A stretch of DNA of 64,000 nucleotides from an uncultured Candidatus Saccharibacteria bacterium (GTDB taxonomy: Bacteria; Patescibacteriota; Minisyncoccia; Phycocordibacterales; CAIZLB01): assembly GCA_964450605.1 (NCBI GenBank), contig CAYVEK010000001.1, positions 224,597 through 288,596 of the forward strand, given 5' to 3'. The position numbers and the translations under genes are program-made. The notes beneath the pieces were generated by a model that had not been told where the DNA came from, made no database searches, and saw nothing but the letters and a program-made list of their open reading frames with translations. This document shows positions 58,073 through 64,000 of this stretch, piece after piece. Numbering within the stretch: the first letter of the stretch is position 1; the number at the start of each line of letters is the position of its first letter.

Positions 58073-58771
58073 ATGAAACCAGAACCTAGAAAAATAGACG
58101 AAATTGAACGAGATCAGCTTGCTTCCCCCTTCGGTAGAGACCTTGGACTTATCCACGAAGTTCTTGTTGCTGTTCGTAACAATGAAAACGTCGGTCGTGC
58201 CTTTTGGCAACTACTGCACGAGTCCGGCGAAGCCTTGACTCGTGCAGTTGAAGCGGCCCTTACGTTTCCAACCCAAACCATTAGTCTGAAGAAGGCTCTT
58301 CTCCCTATCGACAGGTTGATTGCTGAATGTGCCGTGAGCACCCCTGGTATGATCTACGGCTCTAATGCCTACGATGTCCGTGTCAGAGGTGAAATAAAAG
58401 TAGATGAAGGAGAGATCGGATATGATGAAGATACTCTTCCTGTGAGTCTGTATCGTGTTCCTCGCGATACAACCATACGCGCCATCAGCCATCAATTGGC
58501 AGGCCTTCATTATCGTCCTGCCCGACTCGCCGAAACACTCATCTATGCCGCCGAAAATCGCAAGGTGGATTTTTTCAACGAAGGATATATCCTCTGCCTT
58601 CAAGACGTCACTGTAGACGGGAAAGATGTGAAAGTGTACATCTGGAAATCTTCAGGTTACAGAGTTGGTGGCGACAGAAGAGGCATCGATACTCAGGAAG
58701 GTAATGAAATAAAGCTCGGTGACCGCTCACTTTATATTCCCTGCGTTAAATTGCACCGCAAGAAGAAATAA
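58073..58771 (+). CDS. GC-richer hypothetical protein (232 aa) in solo cassette
   Basis: TTGACA promoter at 57956, ~85-nt leader, YRPARLAETL motif, terminator 58780-58828. Confidence 0.8.
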   Translation: MKPEPRKIDEIERDQLASPFGRDLGLIHEVLVAVRNNENVGRAFWQLLHESGEALTRAVEAALTFPTQTISLKKALLPIDRLIAECAVSTPGMIYGSNAYDVRVRGEIKVDEGEIGYDEDTLPVSLYRVPRDTTIRAISHQLAGLHYRPARLAETLIYAAENRKVDFFNEGYILCLQDVTVDGKDVKVYIWKSSGYRVGGDRRGIDTQEGNEIKLGDRSLYIPCVKLHRKKK

Positions 58772-58914
58772 CTCCAACCCTACCGTGTGCGCTGAGCTAC
58801 CAAGCTCTGGTGCGCCGGTGGTTTTTTTATTTACAAGTTTATAGCAAACTCAAACACTACCATCTCATATCGCCTTGTGTTCATACCATGCCGACTGAGA
58901 GGTTTATGGGATGA

Positions 58915-58949
58915 ATATAACACAAAAACCTTTGTTTATAAAGGGTTTT
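58915..58949. repeat. 35-bp perfect direct repeat, copy 1 (terminator plus extended -10)
   Basis: atataacacaaaaacctttgtttataaagggtttt. Confidence 0.95.
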
Positions 58950-60642
58950 ACTCACTAACCGCCTTAAATGAATTCAGAAGCTGATACAAACCGGCTGTAT
59001 CCATTTTTTTAACCGCTTCTGCACCCCTTATATTAAAACTAATAGTAAACACATAACCTGAGGTACGAGTACGCGCCACGATAGTTTTTTCCATATAATC
59101 TGCAGGCATCCAGCTTACTTGACCATACAACTTTGATGAATATTCATGAATATAGTACGTATTACCATTATATTTTGTTATATATGCTTTATCAAAAGTA
59201 GAAACAAGAGCCCCTTGTCTAACCTGTTCATCTTGTATAGATAACTCAGAATTCATATCTTCAATCTGTTTCTTTACCATATTTGCAAGTGCTTCGTTAG
59301 AATCAGCATTGAAAATAAGAGAGCTTGCATCGAAAGTTGTGGCATTTATAGCGGTAAATTCTAAACTTTTCGGGCCACTGTGTAGTGAAAAAATTTCTTC
59401 ATACGCATTTGTTTTAAAATTACCAACAGTTCTATTGGCAATAGGTTCAAATCCATCTGGTTTAACATACGAAATCGTTGTGGATGGCCCAGCAAAAGAT
59501 ATACGTTTAGTGATCGTAGGTTTTGCAATCTTCTTATCAGAAGACACGAGTTTATTATTCACTGCAGTAATAATTGGTTTTTTTCTTAAACTTTTAATCT
59601 GCATTGAGCGCAAGAAAAAATCAGTAGTTTTATCTGTATATGTATCCACATCACCGAAAGTGACAACATAGAGAGATCCGTTTTTAAATACATATGCGTG
59701 TTGACTTTTTTTACCCAAAACACCGTCTTCAAAATCAATTACATACACTTTGTCACCTCGTATTGTTTTGATGCGAGCATCTACAATAATTGCACTTTGA
59801 TTATAATTTCCAAAATAATTTATGGCCAAATTTTTAAGTTCAGTGTTGTTTTTTGCCTGAATTATCCATCTGTAAGTTCCTATTTTATCAAAATCAATAG
59901 TATGCACATTAATATATTGGTTACGAATATTTTGTAAATAGACAGAATTATCATTATTTTGATTTTCAGCTACCGGAATTTCATAACCCTCAGGTACAGT
60001 ATATGTGACTGTACTTACATCACCATTTATAGAAAAAGTTTTACCTACATATGTTGTTTTTTGACTAAGATCTTTAACCTTAAATGATCTCATAAATGAG
60101 TCAAATAGGAGTATGTTTTTAAGTTTATCCTGAAGAACAGAGTCAACAAAAGAAACTCCATACAAATGGTTATTTTTAATCAAAATTGCAACTTTTATAA
60201 CAAATTTTCTGGATTCAGGTGTAATAATTGCGGTGATATATTTATCAGATCCCATCTTTTCAATTTTTATATCATTAATATCGTCTTTTGAAATCTTTTC
60301 CACACTCAGCACAGAAAAATATCTATAAACAACATCAGACATCTGCTGTTCAGTTTTAATAGTGTTTATATCTTTTATTTTGAAATCCTTAGGAATTTTT
60401 TGAACATTTATTTTAATTCCTGCGCCATCTATCGTATTATCAGAAATCGAAATATAGTTTTGTTCCGGATTTGAATCGATAATTACACCAAAATTTGAAT
60501 ATTCACTAGGTCGAGAATAACTTACTCCCAACTTTGCCGCATCACTTAAAACCTGATCTTTTGTAGATGCATCTGTGTATTCTGGAATACTACAAAAAGA
60601 AAAAATTGCAACAACAACATATAGATAGATATTTAACTTCAT
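58948..60642 (-). CDS. Secreted protein with three tandem PsbP/DcrB-like domains
   Basis: Signal peptide; repeats VSYSRPSEY/VTYTVPEGY/ISYVKPDGF, LYGVSF/LYVVTF/VFTISF, FMRSFK/FLRSMQ/LLNSFK. Confidence 0.75.
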   Translation of the reverse strand: MKLNIYLYVVVAIFSFCSIPEYTDASTKDQVLSDAAKLGVSYSRPSEYSNFGVIIDSNPEQNYISISDNTIDGAGIKINVQKIPKDFKIKDINTIKTEQQMSDVVYRYFSVLSVEKISKDDINDIKIEKMGSDKYITAIITPESRKFVIKVAILIKNNHLYGVSFVDSVLQDKLKNILLFDSFMRSFKVKDLSQKTTYVGKTFSINGDVSTVTYTVPEGYEIPVAENQNNDNSVYLQNIRNQYINVHTIDFDKIGTYRWIIQAKNNTELKNLAINYFGNYNQSAIIVDARIKTIRGDKVYVIDFEDGVLGKKSQHAYVFKNGSLYVVTFGDVDTYTDKTTDFFLRSMQIKSLRKKPIITAVNNKLVSSDKKIAKPTITKRISFAGPSTTISYVKPDGFEPIANRTVGNFKTNAYEEIFSLHSGPKSLEFTAINATTFDASSLIFNADSNEALANMVKKQIEDMNSELSIQDEQVRQGALVSTFDKAYITKYNGNTYYIHEYSSKLYGQVSWMPADYMEKTIVARTRTSGYVFTISFNIRGAEAVKKMDTAGLYQLLNSFKAVSE

Positions 60643-60650
60643 GAGATTAT

Positions 60651-60685
60651 ATATAACACAAAAACCTTTGTTTATAAAGGGTTTT
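60651..60685. repeat. 35-bp perfect direct repeat, copy 2
   Basis: Identical to 58915-58949. Confidence 0.95.
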
Positions 60686-61569
60686 TATTTCTTCACCCCA
60701 CCCTCAATCCCCGCCACAATCTGTTGCATGATGTCATGTGTTTTTGAAACACTTGAATCAATAAAGATAACTTTACTATTATCAGCCATACCAACACTTT
60801 TAATAGTATCTAGATATTGAGTCAAAGTAAGCGTGGCAATAATCTCAGATGTATTTTGCTTTGTAATACCTTGAACCGCTTCTATAGACTGCCGTAAACC
60901 ATTTGCAATAGCCATACGTTCAAGTGCAATACCTTCTCCTTGCAGTCTCTTACGCTCTCGCTCTCCTTCCGCCTCTTTGACTGCCTGTATCTTAGCTGCC
61001 TCACCTTTATTTTCAGCTGCTCGTCGAAGTTGTTCTGACGCAACTACTTCTGACATGGCATTTGTGATAGTTACAGGAAATGTAACATTTGTGATCTGAA
61101 AACTATGAATACGCATTCCCCAATCTTTGAACTGTGTCTCAAGATCTCCTTTTATATGTTGTGCAAGCTCTTCTTTTTTCTCAAGCAAACTCTCATGTGT
61201 CTCTTGTGCTACATATGTTCTCAAAGAGTTTTCTATACTTGCTTCTATAGATCGAACACGATCATCAAGCTCATACACATATCGTTTTACTCCATCGAGT
61301 CCTTGATCTACTGAAAAGATGAGGTTTGTACCGATAGTTGTGATAACTTTATCTTTTGATGGATAATTTCCTTGTAGGGCAAAGTTTTGTTGTCGCAAAC
61401 TTACTCGCTCTCGGATGGATTCAAATATAGGAATAATCATATTGAAGCCGGCTGTCATACTTCGACGATATTTTCCTAAAAATTCAACAACTGCAACAGT
61501 GTTTTGGTCGATAATACGGATACTAAATATAAGTATAAGTACAATAAGTACAATGATTGGATATGCCAT
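60685..61569 (-). CDS. SPFH/band 7 domain protein
   Basis: N-terminal TM, VVEFLGKY, AEGERERKRLQGEGIA, LTQYLDTIK. Confidence 0.93.
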   Translation of the reverse strand: MAYPIIVLIVLILIFSIRIIDQNTVAVVEFLGKYRRSMTAGFNMIIPIFESIRERVSLRQQNFALQGNYPSKDKVITTIGTNLIFSVDQGLDGVKRYVYELDDRVRSIEASIENSLRTYVAQETHESLLEKKEELAQHIKGDLETQFKDWGMRIHSFQITNVTFPVTITNAMSEVVASEQLRRAAENKGEAAKIQAVKEAEGERERKRLQGEGIALERMAIANGLRQSIEAVQGITKQNTSEIIATLTLTQYLDTIKSVGMADNSKVIFIDSSVSKTHDIMQQIVAGIEGGVKK

Positions 61570-61714
61570 GGGGTTGATTATAGCATTTTTAGATGCCTAG
61601 GGCGACGGATTCTCAACGTGGACACTTTTATATATGTGTGATATTGTTATCGACAGCACCTTATACACTTCCGTAAAGGTCACCTACCTAAACCAAATAC
61701 CGCACACCAACCAT

Positions 61715-62353
61715 ATGGAACCCTCCAAACAACGCCCTATAAGTAGGGGATTCTCCAGCACCGGCAATGCCAGTTGCTCCATCGAAATCAAAAACCTCAC
61801 CCGCGAAGAGCACGATTGGGTTGACGCAATGCTCCTTGGGGGAAGATGGATCAAGGTCGGGCAAGATGGCAGGCTGGAATCTCGACTGCCATTTGAACCA
61901 CTTCCTGATCCTGTCGCAGATCCTCTCATGCAACCGTTCTGGCAGGCCGCCTCGTTTTCGGCGAGTGGAGCCAACCTGCAACCCGAACTGATCGAAAAAC
62001 CTTTTGCTGTCGAATTGCACAGCATCCCAGGTATAATAATCGGTCACGTTTGTGGATACTACTACACCCCTGAGAAATATCAGTCCGAGTGTGCCAAACT
62101 CAAAGAATACGGCTTCATTCAAATGCGAAGCCAACGAGGTCAAGATAGTCGCTACACCGAACATTGGTATTTGGCAAGTGAGTGGCATGCCGAAGGTGCC
62201 CTGAAAGATTTTATCCAAGGTCTCCGGACCAAAAAGAAATCCATCTCAGCACAAGAGTTGACTCGAGAGATCGTACACTTCTTGTGTCAAAAGTGCCTCT
62301 TCGGCACCTTGGATATACTCACCCAGAGGGCTGCCATGCCTATTCCTGAGTGA
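61715..62353 (+). CDS. GC-rich ORFan (212 aa) in solo cassette
   Basis: A/C-rich leader ...accgcacaccaaccatATG; C-tract and bulged terminator 62367-62402. Confidence 0.75.
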   Translation: MEPSKQRPISRGFSSTGNASCSIEIKNLTREEHDWVDAMLLGGRWIKVGQDGRLESRLPFEPLPDPVADPLMQPFWQAASFSASGANLQPELIEKPFAVELHSIPGIIIGHVCGYYYTPEKYQSECAKLKEYGFIQMRSQRGQDSRYTEHWYLASEWHAEGALKDFIQGLRTKKKSISAQELTREIVHFLCQKCLFGTLDILTQRAAMPIPE

Positions 62354-62400
62354 ACCCCCCCAACTCGCCCGACGCCGACCAAAATCGGCTAGGGCTTTTT

Positions 62401-63252
62401 TTATTTCCCCTCCCCTCGAACCAACTTCGTATATGCCAAAGACATATAAATATACGTCAACGGAGTTATGGCGAACACACCTATGACTATAGCTGTAAAC
62501 GAACTAAGTATTCTATATGAAAATGTGGGCGTATATTTATCTATCACAAATGAATTTATAAATTCGACAGGACTTATAAGATAATGTATACCCGATGTGA
62601 CCAAAGCGCCTGTAACAACGATGGATACAAAGCCAAGAACCGCCTTCCATACTGTTTTTCTATGAGCCTCCCCTAGCCGAATAGACTCTTGCACAGAATC
62701 AAGCGGTTTTAATCCTCGACTAAAGTAAATATTTAAAGGAAAAAATATCTTACTTAAATTTATATATGAACCATATACAATAAGAGCGACACCAAGTATA
62801 ACCGCCGGCATCACCATCCATAGACCCCAAGAATTTTCAAATATAGTAGCAAGATATATCAAAAAACCACCTGGAACAAATGCGAGTATGAGATTGTATA
62901 AAGCATACACAACATAATACAAGAACAATTGTACAAAACTAAGAAGATTCATTCTCTGAAATAGGACACTTTGTTTTATATCTATCTCCTGTCCATCAAT
63001 ATGTTTCTGAAATGTACGTATAGCAGCTGGTGTATATAAAAAAGTTTGAATAACCGCCAAAAGCACAATAGCCAAACGGAAAAACCATAGCACAGTTCTT
63101 CCCCAACCACTAAAACTATCAACATAGACGAACTCAGCCCCGATAATAACCACAAGGGCTAAGCATTGACATATCAGTATCGGTCGTATAGTTTGTAAAA
63201 TGAAAGAAAATCTTGTCTTATATAGAGTAAGTGTTTCTCGTAATGTAAGCAT
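62401..63252 (-). CDS. Multi-pass membrane protein
   Basis: About six TM helices; LDSVQESIRL motif. Confidence 0.75.
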   Translation of the reverse strand: MLTLRETLTLYKTRFSFILQTIRPILICQCLALVVIIGAEFVYVDSFSGWGRTVLWFFRLAIVLLAVIQTFLYTPAAIRTFQKHIDGQEIDIKQSVLFQRMNLLSFVQLFLYYVVYALYNLILAFVPGGFLIYLATIFENSWGLWMVMPAVILGVALIVYGSYINLSKIFFPLNIYFSRGLKPLDSVQESIRLGEAHRKTVWKAVLGFVSIVVTGALVTSGIHYLISPVEFINSFVIDKYTPTFSYRILSSFTAIVIGVFAITPLTYIYMSLAYTKLVRGEGK

Positions 63253-63307
63253 GTTTTCTATGGTATCACAGCTTCGATTTTCTGTATATTTTGCTATACT
63301 TAGTACT

Positions 63308-64000
63308 ATGATAAAAAGCTACACAAATGACGCCGGAACAACATGGCGACTCCTAACATCTCCAACATCCGATGAGATAAAAACCATCATGACTGAGATG
63401 AATATTCCAAACGAATATTTTGAAGAAATCAGTACACCTACACCCCAGCCACTCTGTCTCGAATTTGGTGATACAACCTATGCAGTTTTTCATATACCAA
63501 TAGCTTCGAAGAAAACAAACAGTGGATTTGAAGAATCTGAAGTTGATGTGTTGATAGATGGTAAAACTATAACAACCATCGTCTACACTTCTCCTGAAAA
63601 CCTACACATTCCTATAGAAAAAATACTTCAAAAAAATAAATCTGACCACCCTGCCGAGATGTGGTGGCATATATTAACAGAAATGTATAACCATATACAC
63701 CAACAAGTTGATGGCTTTATTGTTGAAGTAAAAGGATTGCGAGAAAAGGTGTTTACTAAACGAGAGCAGATCAAAGCCGTCTCTGTTATTCATCGAGCAT
63801 ACTTAGCTCTTGATCTTGCCCTATCAACTCATGAAGATATCATCCTTTCTATACACGAAACTGAACACCCTGGTGCAGAGAAAGGAACTCCCCGATCATG
63901 GAGTAAGGTACGAGGTGAATACCACCGGCTCACACAAAAACTAGCGAAACTTGGCGCGTATGTACACGAGTTACGTGACACACAAAACAGTTTGATCTCA
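63308..64000 (+). CDS. CorA-family divalent cation transporter (runs off window end)
   Basis: Open frame MIKSYTNDAGTTWRLLTSPTSDEI...ESEVDVLIDGKTITTIV, typical of the CorA N-terminal domain; GMN motif not in window. Confidence 0.7.
   Translation, partial: MIKSYTNDAGTTWRLLTSPTSDEIKTIMTEMNIPNEYFEEISTPTPQPLCLEFGDTTYAVFHIPIASKKTNSGFEESEVDVLIDGKTITTIVYTSPENLHIPIEKILQKNKSDHPAEMWWHILTEMYNHIHQQVDGFIVEVKGLREKVFTKREQIKAVSVIHRAYLALDLALSTHEDIILSIHETEHPGAEKGTPRSWSKVRGEYHRLTQKLAKLGAYVHELRDTQNSLIS

Noticed and set aside
57905-58210. Long N-terminal extension of YchF in the track
   Set aside because: Overlaps the divergent cassette; conserved YchF begins at 57904
866-61991. Numerous 60-250 aa ORFs nested in or antisense to identified genes (e.g. 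2735-3475, 29586-30065, 61688-62218)
   Set aside because: Shadow frames with no motifs or independent expression signals
7826-62402. Cassette hairpins as integron attC sites
   Set aside because: No consistent RYYYAAC/GTTRRRY boxes, cassettes carry their own promoters, they are not arrayed, and no intI is present
1-64000. CRISPR array, DGR, IS or prophage
   Set aside because: No regularly spaced repeats, RT, transposase, integrase or phage structural module seen; no TR/VR pair noticed by eye
1-64000. Alternative genetic code (TGA=Gly)
   Set aside because: Core genes translate full-length in code 11 and TGA terminates the EVE gene

Overview
A 64-kb AT-rich chromosomal segment of a small-genome bacterium. 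Gene content and style (short AspS/ValS/GltX/SMC, degenerate PriA and HisRS paralogue, K/A/V-rich RpoD N-terminus, mostly leaderless genes, TGA used as stop) suggest Patescibacteria/Parcubacteria (CPR); this is inference. The backbone is housekeeping: infA, gltX, dnaJ, efp, aspS, htpX, valS, def, fmt, rpmA, rpsA, pth, lepB, rnr, smc, lemA, trpS, lysS, rpoD, dnaG, greA, ychF, tRNA-Ser(GGA) and tRNA-Gln(TTG). No integrase, transposase, RT or CRISPR array is visible. Interleaved with the backbone are about a dozen stand-alone, GC-richer 'solo cassettes' (sigma70 promoter, ORFan or structured RNA, long bulged hairpin plus T-tract), some with tRNA T-arm-like terminators. A few accessory genes are bracketed by direct repeats. 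Junctions next to accessory DNA show an orientation-independent G-rich-left/C-rich-right skew. Other highlights: an orphan PemK/MazF-like toxin overlapped by a convergent sRNA with a consensus promoter, a structured RNA convergent with an unannotated 47-aa membrane peptide, a stand-alone RNAP alpha-CTD-like protein, and a structured 150-nt leader with a possible ATT start on a lytic transglycosylase gene. All calls are by eye; no searches or folding programs were run.
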